Under the pieces are notes generated by a model, which searched no databases, was not told where the DNA came from, and was given only the letters and a program-made list of their open reading frames with translations. A stretch of DNA of 64,000 nt, taken from contig OZ024740.1 in NCBI GenBank assembly GCA_964016885.1, positions 7,316,001-7,380,000 of the forward strand. The letters are read 5' to 3'. The position numbers were made by a program, and so were the translations under genes. The DNA comes from Eledone cirrhosa. Its lineage: Eukaryota. Positions 40,001 through 55,200 of the stretch are shown piece after piece (positions within the stretch are counted from its first letter, which is position 1; each line of letters opens with the position of its first letter).

Positions 40001-40618
40001 CTATCGGTATATCAGTTTCGATAGGTATATCAGTTTCGTTTGGTATGTCAGTTTCTATTGGTATGTCAGTTTCGATTGGTATATCAGTTTCGATTGGTAT
40101 GTCAGTTTCTATTGGTATATCAGTTTCGATTGGTATATCAGTTTCGAGTAGTATATCAGTTTCGATTGGTATATCAGTTTCTATTGGTATGTCAGTTTCG
40201 ATTATTATATCAGTTACTATTTGTATGTCAGTTTCGATTGGTATGTCAGTTTCGATTTGTATATCAGTTTCTATTGATATGTCAGTTTCTATTGGTATAT
40301 CAGTTTCGATAGGTATATCAGTTTCGTTTGGTATGTCAGTTTCCATTGGTATGTCAGTTTCGATTGTTATATCAGTTTCGATTTGTATATCAGTTTCTAT
40401 TGCTATATCAGTTTCTATTGGTATGTCAGTTTCGATTGGTATGTCAGTTTCTAATGGTATATCAGTTTCGATTGGTATGTCAGTTTCTATTGGTATGTCA
40501 GTTTCGATTGGTATATCAGTTTCGATTGGTATGTCAGTTTCTATTGGTATATCAGTTTCGATTGGTATGTCAGTTTCGATTAGTATATCAGTTTTGATTG
40601 GTATATCAGTTTCTATTG
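37007..40618. repeat. 18-bp satellite, segment 4
   Basis: Same monomer; part of the duplicated block carrying the hairpin fragment. Confidence 0.98.
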
Positions 40619-41235
40619 GTATTTAGGTAAGGCGGGTCTTCTCTATTACTGAGTACCGCCAAAGGACCGAGACCTTTGGCGGTACTCAGTAATAGAGAAG
40701 ACCCGCCTTACCTAAATACAAAGTAAAAACCTACTACAGTCAGTAGGCACCTCTATCAAAACACCCCCCCGTCCCACCACCTCCACCCCACCCACACCGC
40801 CCCTTTCAATGTAAAGTTATGTTGGTCCCACAACATCCAGGCCGAAACAAATGAGAACAAATGAGATCGTGTAGGTGTCACGACAAAAAACACACATTCC
40901 ACGCTGTAAATGTGGCCGTGTAGGCAACACGGTAAAAACCTCCCAGCCCCACACTGTAAATGTGGTTGGTGTTAGGAAGGGCATCCAGCTGTAGAAAACC
41001 CGCCAGACAGTCCACGCTGTAATGTGGCCGTGTAGGCAACACGGTAAAAACCTCCCAGCCCCACACTGTAAATGTGGTTGGTGTTAGGAAGGGCATCCAA
41101 CTGTAGAAAACCCGCCAGACAGTCCTATGCGAGCAAGACAACCACTCTTGCCTCAAGTGGGAAAACCCCCGTCCAAACCCATGCAAGCGTGGAACACGGA
41201 CGCTAAACCTGATGATGATGATGATGATGATGATG
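40619..41235 (+). mobile_element. 617-bp RTE 3'-end hairpin fragment (copy B)
   Basis: Essentially identical to copy A at offset 4229, with the same junctions and tail length. Confidence 0.92.
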
Positions 41236-44200
41236 TCAGCTTCGATTATTATATCAGTTACTATTTGTATGTCAGTTTCGATTGGTATGTCAGTTTCGAT
41301 TTGTATATCAGTTTCTATTGATATGTCAGTTTCTATTGGTATGTCAGTTTCGATTGGTATATCAGTTTCTATTGGTATGTCAGTTTCAATTGGAATATCA
41401 GTTTCTATTGGTATGTCAGTTTCTATTGGTATATCAGTTTCGATCGGTATATCAGTTTCGATTGGTATATCAGTTTCAATTAGTATGTCAGTTTCTATTG
41501 GTATATCAGTTTCGATTGGTATGTCAGTTTCGATTAGTATGTCAATTTCTATTGGTATGTCAGTTTTGATTGGTATATCAGTTTTGATTGGTATATCAGT
41601 TTCTATTGCTATATCTGTTTCTATTGGTATGTCAGTTTCGATTGGTATGTCAGTTTCTATTGGTATATCAGTTTCGATTGGTATGTCAGTTTCTATTGGT
41701 ATGTCAGTGTCGATTATTATATCAGTTACTATTGGTATGTCAGTTTCGATTGGTATATCAGTTTCGATTGGTATCTCAGTTTCGATTGGTATGTCAGTTT
41801 CGATTTGTATGTCAGTTTCGATTGATATGTCAATTTCGATTAGTATATCAGTTTCGATTAGTATGTCAGTTTCTATTGGTATGTCAGTTTCGATTAGTAT
41901 ATCAGTTTCAATGGTATGTCAGTTTCGATTGGTATATCAGTTTCTATTGGTATTTCAGTTTCGATTGGTATATCAGTCTCGATTGGTATATCAGTTTCGA
42001 TTGGTATCTCAGTTTCGATTGGTATATCAGTTTCGATTGGTATATCAGTTTCTATTGGTATGTCAGTTTTGATTATTATATCAGTTACTATTGGTATGTC
42101 AGTTTCGATTGATATGTCAATTTCGATTGGTATATCAGTTTCTATTCGTATGTCAATTTCGATAGGTATATCAGTTTTGATTGGTATGTCAGTTTCGATT
42201 AGTATGTCAATTTCTATTGGTATATCAGTTTCTATTGCTATATCAGTTACTATTGGTATGTCAGTTTTGATTGGTATGTCAGTTTCTATTTGTATATCAT
42301 TTTCGATTGGTATGTCAGTTTCTATTGGTATGTCAGTGTCGATTATTATATCAGTAACTATTGGTCTGTCAGTTTCGATTGGTATGTCAGTTTCGATTTG
42401 TATATCAGTTTCTATTGGTATGACAGGTTCGATTGGTATATCAGTTTCTATTGGTATGTCAGTTTCAATTGGTATATCAGTTTCTATTGGTATGTCAGTT
42501 TCTATTGGTATATCAGTTTCGATCGGTATTTCAGTTTCGATTGGTATATCAGTTTCAATTAGTATGTCAGTTTCTATTGGTATATCAGTTTCGATTGGTA
42601 TGTCAGTTTCGATTAGTATGTCAATTTCTATTGGTATGTCAGTTTCGATTGGTATATCATTTTTGATTGGTATATCAGTTTCTATTGATATATCAGTTTC
42701 TATTGGTATGTCAGTTTCGATTGGTATGTCAGTTTCTATTCGTATATCAGTTTCGATTGGTATGTCAGTTTCCATTGGTATGTCAGTGTCGATTATTATA
42801 TCAGTTACTATTGGTATGTCATTTTCGATTGGTATATCAGTTTCGATTGGTATCACAGTTTCGATTGGTATGTCAGTTTGGATTTGTATGTCAGTTTCGA
42901 TTGATATGTCAATTTCGATTGGTATATCAGTTTCGATTAGTATGTCAGTTTCTACTGGTATATCAGTTTCGATTGGTATATCAGTTTCGATTGGTATGTC
43001 AGTTTCGATTGGTATATCAGTTTCGATTGGTATGTCAGTTTCCATTAGTATATCAGTTTCTATTGGTATGTCAGTTTCTCTTGGTATATCAGCTTCGATT
43101 GGTATATCAGTTTAGATTAGTATGTCAGTTTCTATTGGTATGTCAGTTTCGATTAGTATATCAGTTTCAATGGTATGTCAGTTTCGATTGGTATATCAGT
43201 TTCTATTGGTATTTCAGTTTCGATTGGTATATCAGTGTCGATTGGTATATCAGTTTCGATTGGTATCTCAGTTTCGATTGGTATATCAGTTTCGATTGGT
43301 ATATCAGTTTCTATTGGTATGTCAGTTTTGATTATTATATCAGTTACTATTGGTATGTCAGTTTCGATTGGTATATCAGTTTCGATTGGTATGTCAATTT
43401 CTATTGGTATATCAGTTTCTATTCGTATGTCAGTTTCGATAGGTATGTCAGTTTCTATTGGTATATCAGTTTCGATTTGTATATCAGTTTCTATTAGTAT
43501 GTCAGTTTCGATTATTATATCAGTTACTATTGGTATGTCAGTTTCGATTGGTATGTCAGTTTCGATTGGTATATAAGTTTCGATTGGTATGTCAGTTTCG
43601 ATTGGTATGTCGGTTTCGATTGGTTTGTCAATTTCGATTGGTATATCAGTTTTGGTTAGTTTGTCAGTTTCTATTGGTTTATCAGTTTCGATTATTAGAT
43701 CAGTTTCTATTGGTATGTCCGTTTCTATTGGTATATCTGTTTCGATTGGTATATCAGTTTCGATTAGTATGTCAGTTTCTATTGGTATGTCAGTTTTGAT
43801 AATTATATCAGTTACTTTTGGTATGTCAGTTTCGATTGATATGTCAATTTTCGATTGGTATATCAGTTTAGATTGGTATGTCAGTTTCGATTGATATATC
43901 AGTTTCTATTGGTATATCAGTTTCTATTGGTATGTCAGTTTTGATTGGTATATCAGTTTCGATTGGTATGTCAGTTTCGATTGGTATGTCAGTTTCGATT
44001 GGTATGTCAGATTATATTGGTATATCAGTTTCGATTGCTATATCAGTTTCGATTGATATATCAGTTTCTATTGGTATATCAGTTTCTATTGGTATGTCAG
44101 TTTTGATTGATATATCAGTTTCGATTGGTATGTCAGTTTCGATTGGTATGTCAGTTTCGATTGGTATATCAGTTTTGATTGGTATGTCAATTACAATTAG

Positions 44201-46702
44201 TATATCAGTTTCTATTGGTATGTTAGTTTCTATCGGTATATCAGTTTCGATAGGTATATCAGTTTCGTTTGGTATGTCAGTTTCTATTGGTATGTCAGTT
44301 TCGATTGGTATATCAGTTTCGATTGGTATGTCAGTTTCTATTGGTATATCAGTTTCGATTGGTATATCAGTTTCGAGTAGTATATCAGTTTCGATTGGTA
44401 TATCAGTTTCTATTGGTATGTCAGTTTCGATTATTATATCAGTTACTATTTGTATGTCAGTTTCGATTGGTATGTCAGTTTCGATTTGTATATCAGTTTC
44501 TATTGATATGTCAGTTTCTATTGGTATGTCAGTTTCGGTTGGTATATCAGTTTCGATTGGTATGTCAGTTTCTATTGGTATATCAGTTTCTATTGGTATG
44601 TCAGTTTCGATAGGTATGTCAGTTTCTATTGGTATATCAGTTTCGATTTGTATGTCAGTTTCTATTGGTATATCAGTTTCAATTATTGTATCAGTTACTA
44701 TTGGTATGTCAGTTTCGATTTGTATGTCAGTTTCGATTGGTATATAAGTTTCGATTGGTATGTCAGTTTCGATTGGTATGTCGGTTTCGATTGGTTTGTC
44801 AATTTCGATTGGTATATCAGTTTTGGTTAGTTTGTCAGTTTCTATTGGTTTATCAGTTTCGATTATTAGATCAGTTTCTATTGGTATGTCCGTTTCTATT
44901 GGTATATCTGTTTCGATTGGTATATCAGTTTCGATTAGTATGTCAGTTTCTATTGGTATGTCAGTTTTGATAATTATATCAGTTACTTTTGGTATGTCAG
45001 TTTCGATTGATATGTCAATTTTCGATTGGTATATCAGTTTAGATTGGTATGTCAGTTTCGATTGATATATCAGTTTCTATTGGTATATCAGTTTCTATTG
45101 GTATGTCAGTTTTGATTGGTATATCAGTTTCGATTGGTATGTCAGTTTCGATTGGTATGTCAGTTTCGATTGGTATGTCAGATTCTATTGGTATATCAGT
45201 TTCGATTGCTATATCAGTTTCGATTGATATATCAGTTTCTATTGGTATATCAGTTTCTATTGGTATGTCAGTTTTGATTGATATATCAGTTTCGATTGGT
45301 ATGTCAGTTTCGATTGGTATGTCAGTTTCGATTGGTATATCAGTTTTGATTGGTATGTCAATTACAATTAGTATATCAGTTTCTATTGGTATGTTAGTTT
45401 CTATCGGTATATCAGTTTCGATAGGTATATCAGTTTCGTTTGGTATGTCAGTTTCTATTGGTATGTCAGTTTCGATTGGTATATCAGTTTCGATTGGTAT
45501 GTCAGTTTCTATTGGTATATCAGTTTCGATTGGTATATCAGTTTCGAGTAGTATATCAGTTTCGATTGGTATATCAGTTTCTATTGGTATGTCAGTTTCG
45601 ATTATTATATCAGTTACTATTTGTATGTCAGTTTCGATTGGTATGTCAGTTTCGATTTGTATATCAGTTTCTATTGATATGTCAGTTTCTATTGGTATGT
45701 CAGTTTCGGTTGGTATATCAGTTTCGATTGGTATGTCAGTTTCTATTGGTATATCAGTTTCTATTGGTATGTCAGTTTCGATAGGTATGTCAGTTTCTAT
45801 TGGTATATCAGTTTCGATTTGTATGTCAGTTTCTATTGGTATATCAGTTTCAATTATTGTATCAGTTACTATTGGTATGTCAGTTTCGATTTGTATGTCA
45901 GTTTCGATTGGTATGTAAGTTTCGATTGGTATATCAGTTTCTATTGCTATGGCAGGTTCGATTGGTATATCAGTTTCGATTTGTATCTCAGTTTCGATTG
46001 GTATGTCAGTTTCGATTGGTATATCAGTTTCTATTGGTATGTCAGTTTTGATTGGTATATCAGTTTCGATTGGTATGTCAGTTTCGATTGGTATGTCAGT
46101 TTCAATTAGTATGTCAGTTTCTATTGGTATGTTAGTTTCTATTGTTATATCAGTTTCTAATGGTATGTCAGTGTCGATTGGTATGTCAGATTCTATTGGT
46201 ATAACAGTTTCTATTGGTATATCAGTTTCTATTGGTATGTCAGTTTTGATTGGTATATCAGTTTCGATTGGTATGTCAGTATCGATTGGTATGTCAGTTT
46301 CGATTGGTATATCAGTTTTGATTGGTATGTCTATTTCAATTAGTATATCAGTTTCTATTGGTATGTTAGTTTCTATTGGTATATCAGTTTCGATAGGTAT
46401 ATCAGTTTCGTTTGGTATGTCAGTTTCCATTGGTATGTCAGTTTCGATTGTTATATCAGTTTCGATTTGTATATCAGTTTCTATTGCTATATCAGTTTCT
46501 ATTGGTATGTCTGTTTCGATTGGTATGTCAGTTTCTAATGGTATATCAGTTTCGATTGGTATGTCAGTTTCTATTGGTATGTCAGTTTCGATTGGTATAT
46601 CAGTTTCGATTGGTATGTCAGTTTCTATTGGTATATCAGTTTCGATTGGTATGTCAGTTTCGATTAGTATATCAGTTTTGATTGGTATATCAGTTTCTAT
46701 TG
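41236..46702. repeat. 18-bp satellite, segment 5
   Basis: Same monomer. Repeats the 1171-bp internal duplication (43878/45049) seen in segment 3. Confidence 0.98.
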
Positions 46703-47319
46703 GTATTTAGGTAAGGCGGGTCTTCTCTATTACTGAGTACCGCCAAAGGACCGAGACCTTTGGCGGTACTCAGTAATAGAGAAGACCCGCCTTACCTAAA
46801 TACAAAGTAAAAACCTACTACAGTCAGTAGGCACCTCTATCAAAACACACCCCCGTCCCACCACCTCCACCCCACCCACACCGCCCCTTTCAATGTAAAG
46901 TTATGTTGGTCCCACAACATCCAGGCCGAAACAAATGAGAACAAATGAGATCGTGTAGGTGTCACGACAAAAAACACACATTCCACGCTGTAAATGTGGC
47001 CGTGTAGGCAACACGGTAAAAACCTCCCAGCCCCACACTGTAAATGTGGTTGGTGTTAGGAAGGGCATCCAGCTGTAGAAAACCCGCCAGACAGTCCACG
47101 CTGTAATGTGGCCGTGTAGGCAACACGGTAAAAACCTCCCAGCCCCACACTGTAAATGTGGTTGGTGTTAGGAAGGGCATCCAACTGTAGAAAACCCGCC
47201 AGACAGTCCTATGCGAGCAAGACAACCACTCTTGCCTCAAGTGGGAAAATCCCCGTCCAAACCCATGCAAGCGTGGAACACGGACGCTAAACCTGATGAT
47301 GATGATGATGATGATGATG
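46703..47319 (+). mobile_element. 617-bp RTE 3'-end hairpin fragment (copy C)
   Basis: Essentially identical to copy A at offset 10313; one visible SNP (GGGAAAATCCCC). Confidence 0.92.
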
Positions 47320-48627
47320 TCAGCTTCGATTATTATATCAGTTACTATTTGTATGTCAGTTTCGATTGGTATGTCAGTTTCGATTTGTATATCAGTTTCT
47401 ATTGATATGTCAGTTTCTATTGGTATGTCAGTTTCGATTGGTATATCAGTTTCTATTGGTATGTCAGTTTCAATTGGAATATCAGTTTCTATTGGTATGT
47501 CAGTTTCTATTGGTATATCAGTTTCGATCGGTATATCAGTTTCGATTGGTATATCAGTTTCAATTAGTATGTCAGTTTCTATTGGTATATCAGTTTCGAT
47601 TGGTATGTCAGTTTCGATTAGTATGTCAATTTCTATTGGTATGTCAGTTTCGATTGGTATATCAGTTTTGATTGGTATATCAGTTTCTATTGCTATATCT
47701 GTTTCTATTGGTATGTCAGTTTCGATTGGTATGTCAGTTTCTATTGGTATATCAGTTTCGATTGGTATGTCAGTTTCTATTGGTATGTCAGTGTCGATTA
47801 TTATATCAGTTACTATTGGTATGTCAGTTTCGATTGGTATATCAGTTTCGATTGGTATCTCAGTTTCGATTGGTATGTCAGTTTCGATTTGTATGTCAGT
47901 TTCGATTGATATGTCAATTTCGATTAGTATATCAGTTTCGATTAGTATGTCAGTTTCTATTGGTATGTCAGTTTCGATTAGTATATCAGTTTCAATGGTA
48001 TGTCAGTTTCGATTGGTATATCAGTTTCTATTGGTATTTCAGTTTCGATTGGTATATCAGTCTCGATTGGTATATCAGTTTCGATTGGTATCTCAGTTTC
48101 GATTGGTATATCAGTTTCGATTGGTATATCAGTTTCTATTGGTATGTCAGTTTCTATTGGTATGTCAGTTTTGATTGGTATATCAGTTTCGATTGGTATG
48201 TCAGTATCGATTGGTATGTCAGTTTCGATTGGTATATCAGTTTTGATTGGTATGTCTATTTCAATTAGTATATCAGTTTCTATTGGTATGTTAGTTTCTA
48301 TTGGTATATCAGTTTCGATAGGTATATCAGTTTCGTTTGGTATGTCAGTTTCCATTGGTATGTCAGTTTCGATTGTTATATCAGTTTCGATTTGTATATC
48401 AGTTTCTATTGCTATATCAGTTTCTATTGGTATGTCTGTTTCGATTGGTATGTCAGTTTCTAATGGTATATCAGTTTCGATTGGTATGTCAGTTTCTATT
48501 GGTATGTCAGTTTCGATTGGTATATCAGTTTCGATTGGTATGTCAGTTTCTATTGGTATATCAGTTTCGATTGGTATGTCAGTTTCGATTAGTATATCAG
48601 TTTTGATTGGTATATCAGTTTCTATTG
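47320..48627. repeat. 18-bp satellite, segment 6
   Basis: Same monomer; an internally deleted version of the spacer between hairpin copies. Confidence 0.98.
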
Positions 48628-49244
48628 GTATTTAGGTAAGGCGGGTCTTCTCTATTACTGAGTACCGCCAAAGGACCGAGACCTTTGGCGGTACTCAGTA
48701 ATAGAGAAGACCCGCCTTACCTAAATACAAAGTAAAAACCTACTACAGTCAGTAGGCACCTCTATCAAAACACACCCCCGTCCCACCACCTCCACCCCAC
48801 CCACACCGCCCCTTTCAATGTAAAGTTATGTTGGTCCCACAACATCCAGGCCGAAACAAATGAGAACAAATGAGACCGTGTAGGTGTCACGACAAAAAAC
48901 ACACATTCCACGCTGTAAATGTGGCCGTGTAGGCAACACGGTAAAAACCTCCCAGCCCCACACTGTAAATGTGGTTGGTGTTAGGAAGGGCATCCAGCTG
49001 TAGAAAACCCGCCAGACAGTCCACGCTGTAATGTGGCCGTGTAGGCAACACGGTAAAAACCTCCCAGCCCCACACTGTAAATGTGGTTGGTGTTAGGAAG
49101 GGCATCCAACTGTAGAAAACCCGCCAGACAGTCCTATGCGAGCAAGACAACCACTCTTGCCTCAAGTGGGAAAACCCCCGTCCAAACCCATGCAAGCGTG
49201 GAACACGGACGCTAAACCTGATGATGATGATGATGATGATGATG
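48628..49244 (+). mobile_element. 617-bp RTE 3'-end hairpin fragment (copy D)
   Basis: Essentially identical to copy A at offset 12238; one visible SNP (TGAGACCGTG). Confidence 0.92.
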
Positions 49245-52200
49245 TCAGCTTCGATTATTATATCAGTTACTATTTGTATGTCAGTTTCGATTGGTATGTC
49301 AGTTTCGATTTGTATATCAGTTTCTATTGATATGTCAGTTTCTATTGGTATGTCAGTTTCGATTGGTATATCAGTTTCTATTGGTATGTCAGTTTCAATT
49401 GGAATATCAGTTTCTATTGGTATGTCAGTTTCTATTGGTATATCAGTTTCGATCGGTATATCAGTTTCGATTGGTATATCAGTTTCAATTAGTATGTCAG
49501 TTTCTATTGGTATATCAGTTTCGATTGGTATGTCAGTTTCGATTAGTATGTCAATTTCTATTGGTATGTCAGTTTCGATTGGTATATCAGTTTTGATTGG
49601 TATATCAGTTTCTATTGCTATATCTGTTTCTATTGGTATGTCAGTTTCGATTGGTATGTCAGTTTCTATTGGTATATCAGTTTCGATTGGTATGTCAGTT
49701 TCTATTGGTATGTCAGTGTCGATTATTATATCAGTTACTATTGGTATGTCAGTTTCGATTGGTATATCAGTTTCGATTGGTATCTCAGTTTCGATTGGTA
49801 TGTCAGTTTCGATTTGTATGTCAGTTTCGATTGATATGTCAATTTCGATTAGTATATCAGTTTCGATTAGTATGTCAGTTTCTATTGGTATGTCAGTTTC
49901 GATTAGTATATCAGTTTCAATGGTATGTCAGTTTCGATTGGTATATCAGTTTCTATTGGTATTTCAGTTTCGATTGGTATATCAGTCTCGATTGGTATAT
50001 CAGTTTCGATTGGTATCTCAGTTTCGATTGGTATATCAGTTTCGATTGGTATATCAGTTTCTATTGGTATGTCAGTTTTGATTATTATATCAGTTACTAT
50101 TGGTATGTCAGTTTCGATTGATATGTCAATTTCGATTGGTATATCAGTTTCTATTCGTATGTCAATTTCGATAGGTATATCAGTTTTGATTGGTATGTCA
50201 GTTTCGATTAGTATGTCAATTTCTATTGGTATATCAGTTTCTATTGCTATATCAGTTACTATTGGTATGTCAGTTTTGATTGGTATGTCAGTTTCTATTT
50301 GTATATCATTTTCGATTGGTATGTCAGTTTCTATTGGTATGTCAGTGTCGATTATTATATCAGTAACTATTGGTCTGTCAGGTTCGTTTGGTATATCAGT
50401 TTCGATTGGTATGTCAGTTTTGATTCGTATGTCAGTTTCGATTAGTATGTCAGTTATGATTATTATATCAGTTACTATTGGTATGTCAGTTTAGATTGGT
50501 ATATCGGTTTCTATTAGTATGTCAGTTTCGATAGGTATATCAGTTTCGACTGGTATGTAAGTTTCGATTAGTATATCAGTTTCTATTGGTATGTCAGTTT
50601 CTATTGGTATATCAGCTTCGATTTGTATGTCAGTTTCTATTGGTATATCAGTTTCTATTGGTATGTCAGTTTCGATTGGTATGTCAGTTTCTATAGGTAT
50701 ATCAGTTTTGATTGGTATGTCAGTTTCTATTGGTATGTCAGTGTCGATTGGTATGTCAGTGTCGATTATTATATCAGTTACTATTGGTATGTCAGTTTCG
50801 ATTGGTATATCAGTTTCGATTGGTATCTCAGTTTCGATTGGTATGTCAATTTCGATTGCTATGTCAGTTCAGTTTAGCATGTCAGTTTCTATTGGTATAT
50901 CAGTTTCGATTGGTATATCAGTTTCGATTGGTATGTCAGTTTCGATTAGTATATCAGTTTCTATTGGTATGTCAGTTTCTGTTGGTATATCAGCTACGAT
51001 TGGTATATCAGTTTCGATTATTATGTCAGTTTCTATTTGTATGTCAGTTTCGATTGGTATATCAGTTTCGATTGGTATATCATTTTTTATTGGTATATCA
51101 GTTTCTATTGATATGTCAGTTTCGTTAGGTATGTCAGTTTCGATTGGTATGTCAGTTTCGATTGGAATGTAAGTTTCGATTGGTATATCAATTTCTATTG
51201 GTATGGCAGGTTCGATTGGTATGTGAGTTTCGATTAGTATGTTAGTTTCTATTCGTATATCAGTTTCGATTGGTATATCGGTTTCAATTAGTATGTAAGT
51301 TTCGATAGGTATGTGAGTTTCGATTGGTATATCAGTTTTGATTCGTATGTGAGTTTCGATCGGTATATCAGTTTTGATTGGTATGTCAGTTTCTATTGGT
51401 ATGTCAGTTGCGATTAGTATATCAGTTTCAATTAGTATGTCAGTTTCTATTGGTATATCAGTTTCGATTGGTATGTCAGTTTCGATTAGTATGTCAATTT
51501 CTATTGGTATGTCAGTTTCGATTGGTATATCAGTTTCGATTGGTATATCAGTTTCTATTGCTATATCAGTTTCTATTGGTATGTCAGTTTCGATTGGTAT
51601 GTCAGTTTCTATTGGTATATCAGTTTCGATTGGTATGTCAGTTTTGATTGGTATGTCAGTGTCGATTATTATGTCAGTTACTATTGGTATGTCAGTTTCG
51701 ATCAGTATCTCAGTTTCGATTGGTATGTCAGTTTCGATTGGTATGTCAATTTCGATTGGTATATTAGTTTTGATAGGTATGTGAGTTTCGATTAGTATAT
51801 CAGTTTCTATTGGTATGTCAGTTCCTATTGGTATATCAGCTTCGATTGGTATATCAGTTTCGATTAGTATGTCAGTTTCTATTTGTATGTCAGTTTCTAT
51901 TACTATATCAGTTTCTATTGGTATGTCAGTTTCGATTGGTATGTCAGTTTCCATTGGTATATCAGTTACTATTGGTATGTCAGTTTCGATATGTATGTCA
52001 GTTTCGATTGGTATGTCAGTTTCTATTGGTATGTCAGTTTCGAGTATTATATCAGTTACTATTGGTATGTCAGTTTCGATTGGTATGTCAGTTTCGATTG
52101 GTATATCAGTTTCTATTGGTATGACAGTTTCGATTGGTATATCAGTTTCGATTGGTATGTTAGTTTTGATTGGTATGACAGTTTCGATTGGTATGTCAGT

Positions 52201-55200
52201 TTGGATTGGTATGTCAGTTTTGATTGGTATGTCAATTTCGATTAGTATATCAGTTTCTATTGGTATGTCCGTTTCTATTGGTATATCAGTTTCGATTGGT
52301 ATATCAGTTTCGATTAGTATGTCAGTTTCTATGGGTATGTCAGTTTCAATTAGTATATCAGTTTCCATTGGTATGTCAGTTTCGATCGGTATGTGAGATT
52401 CTATTGGTATATCAGTTTCGACTGTTATATCAGTATCGATTGGTATATCAGTTTCTATTGGTATATCAATTTCGATTGGTATATGAGTTTCTATCGGTAT
52501 GTTAGTTTCTATTGGTATATCAGTTTCGATAGGTATATCAGTTTCGATTGTTATATCAGTTTCGATTGGTATGTCAGTTTCGATTGGTATGTCAGTTTCG
52601 ATTGGTATCTCAATTTCGATTGGTATATCAGTTTCGATTAGTATGTCAGTTTCGATAAGTATGTCAGTTTCTATTGGTATAACAGTTTCGATTGGTATGT
52701 CAGTTTCTATTGGTATGTCAGTTTCGATTATTATATCAGTTACTATTGGTATGTCAGTTTATATTGGTATATCAGTTTCTATTGGTATGACAGTTTCGAT
52801 TGGTATATCAGTTTCGATTGGTATGTCAGTTTCGATTGTTATGTCAGATTCGATTAGTATATCAGTTTCTATAGGTATGTCAGTTTCTATTGTTATATCA
52901 CATCCGACTGGTATATCAGTTTTGATTAGAATGTCAGTTTCGATTGGTATTTGAGTTTCTATTGGTATATCAGTTTGGATTGATATGTCAGTTTCTATTG
53001 GTATATGAATTTCTATTGGTATGTCAGTTTCTATTGGTATATCAGTTTCGATTGGTATATCAGTTTCTATTCTTATATCAGTTTTGATTGGTATGTCAGT
53101 TTCGATTAGTATATCAGTTTCTATTGGTATGTCAGTTTCTATTGGTATATCAGTTTGGATTGGTATATCAGATTCGATTGGTATGTCAGTTTAGATTGGT
53201 ATGTCAGTTTCGATTGGTATATAAGTCTCTATTGGTATATCAGTTTCCATAGGAATGTCAGATTCGATTGGAACGTCAGTTTCTATTTGTATATTAGTTT
53301 CGATTGGTATGTCAGTTTCTATTGGTATTTCACTTTCGATTGGTATCTCAGTTTCAATTAGTATGTCAATTTCCCTTGGTATATCAGTTTCGATTGTTAT
53401 GTCAGTTTCGATTAGTATGTCAATTTCTATTAGTATGTCACTTTCTATTGGTATATCAGTTTCGATTGCTATGTCACTTTCGATTGGTATGTCAGTTTCG
53501 ATTGGTATATAGCAGTTTCGATTGGTATATCAGTTTCTATTGCTATATAAGTTTCTATTGGTATGTCAGTTTCGATTGGTATGTCATTTTCGATTGGTAT
53601 GTCAGTTTCTATTGGTATGTCAGTTTCTATTGTTATATCAGTTTCTATTGGGTTGACAGGTTCGATTGGTATCTCAGTTTCTATTGGTATGTCAGTTTCG
53701 CTTCGTATGTCCGTTTCGATTAGTATGTCAGTTATGATTATTATATCAGTTGCTATTGGTATGTCAGTTTCGATTGGTATATCGGTCTCTATAAGTATGT
53801 CGGTTTCGATAGGTATATCAGTTTCGATTGGTATGTGACTTTCGATTAGTATATCAGTTTCTATTTGTATGTCAGTTTCTATTGGTATATCAGCTTCGAT
53901 TGGTATATCAGTTTCGATTAGTATGTCAGTTTCTATTGGTATGTCAGTTTCGATTGGTATGTCAGTTTCCATTGGTATATCAGTTACTATTGGTATGTCA
54001 GTTTCGATAGGTATGTCAGTTTCCATTGGTATATCAGTTACTATTGGTATGTCAATTTCGATTGGTATGTCAGTTTCCATTGGTATATCAGTTTCAATTG
54101 GTATGACAGTTTCGATTGGTATATCTGTTTCAATTGGTATGTCAGTTTGGATTGGTATGTCAGTTTCAATTGGTATGTCAGTTTCGATTGGTATGTCAGT
54201 TTCGATTGGTATGTCAATTTCGAGTGGTATATCAGTTTTGATTAGTATGTCAGTTTCTATTGGTATATCAGTTTCTATTTGTATATCAGTTTCGATTGGT
54301 ATGTCAGTTTCGATTGGTATATCAGTTTCGATTGGTATCTCAGTTTTGATTAGTATATTAGTTTCTATTGGTATGTTGGTTTCTATTGGTATATCAGTTT
54401 CGATTTGTATATCAGTTTCGATTAGTATGTCAGTTTCTATAGTTATGTCAGTTTCGATTAGTATATCAGTTTCTATTGGTATGTCAGTTTTGATTGGTAT
54501 GACAGACTCTATTGGTATATCAGTTTCTATTGGTATGTCAGTTTCTATTGGTATGTCAGTGTCGATTGGTATGTCAGTGTCGATTATTATATCAGTTACT
54601 ATTGGTATGTCAGTTTCGATTGGTATATCAGTTTCGATTGGTATCTCAGTTTCGATTGGTATGTCAATTTCGATTGCTATGTCAGTTCAGATTAGCATGT
54701 CAGTTTCTATTGGTATATCAGTTTCGATTGGTATATCAGTTTCGATTGGTATGTCAGTTTCGATTAGTATATCAGTTTCTATTGGTATGTCAGTTTCTGT
54801 TGCTATATCAGCTACGATTGGTATGTCAGTTTCGATTGGTATGTCAGTTTCGATTGGAATGTAAGTTTCGATTGGTATATCAGTTTCTATTGGTATGGCA
54901 GGTTCGATTGGTATGTGAGTTTCGATTAGTATGTTAGTTTTTATTGGTATATCAGTTTCGATTGGTATATCGGTTTCTATTAGTATGTAAGTTTCGATAG
55001 GTATGTGAGTTTCGATTGGTATATCAGTTTTGATTCGTATGTGAGTTTCGATTGGTATATCAGTTTTGATTGGTATGTCAGTTTCTATTGGTATGTCAGT
55101 TGCGATTAGTATATCAGTTTCAATTAGTATGTCAGTTTCTATTGGTATATCAGTTTCGATTGGTATGTCAGTTTCGATTAGTATGTCAATTTCTATTGGT

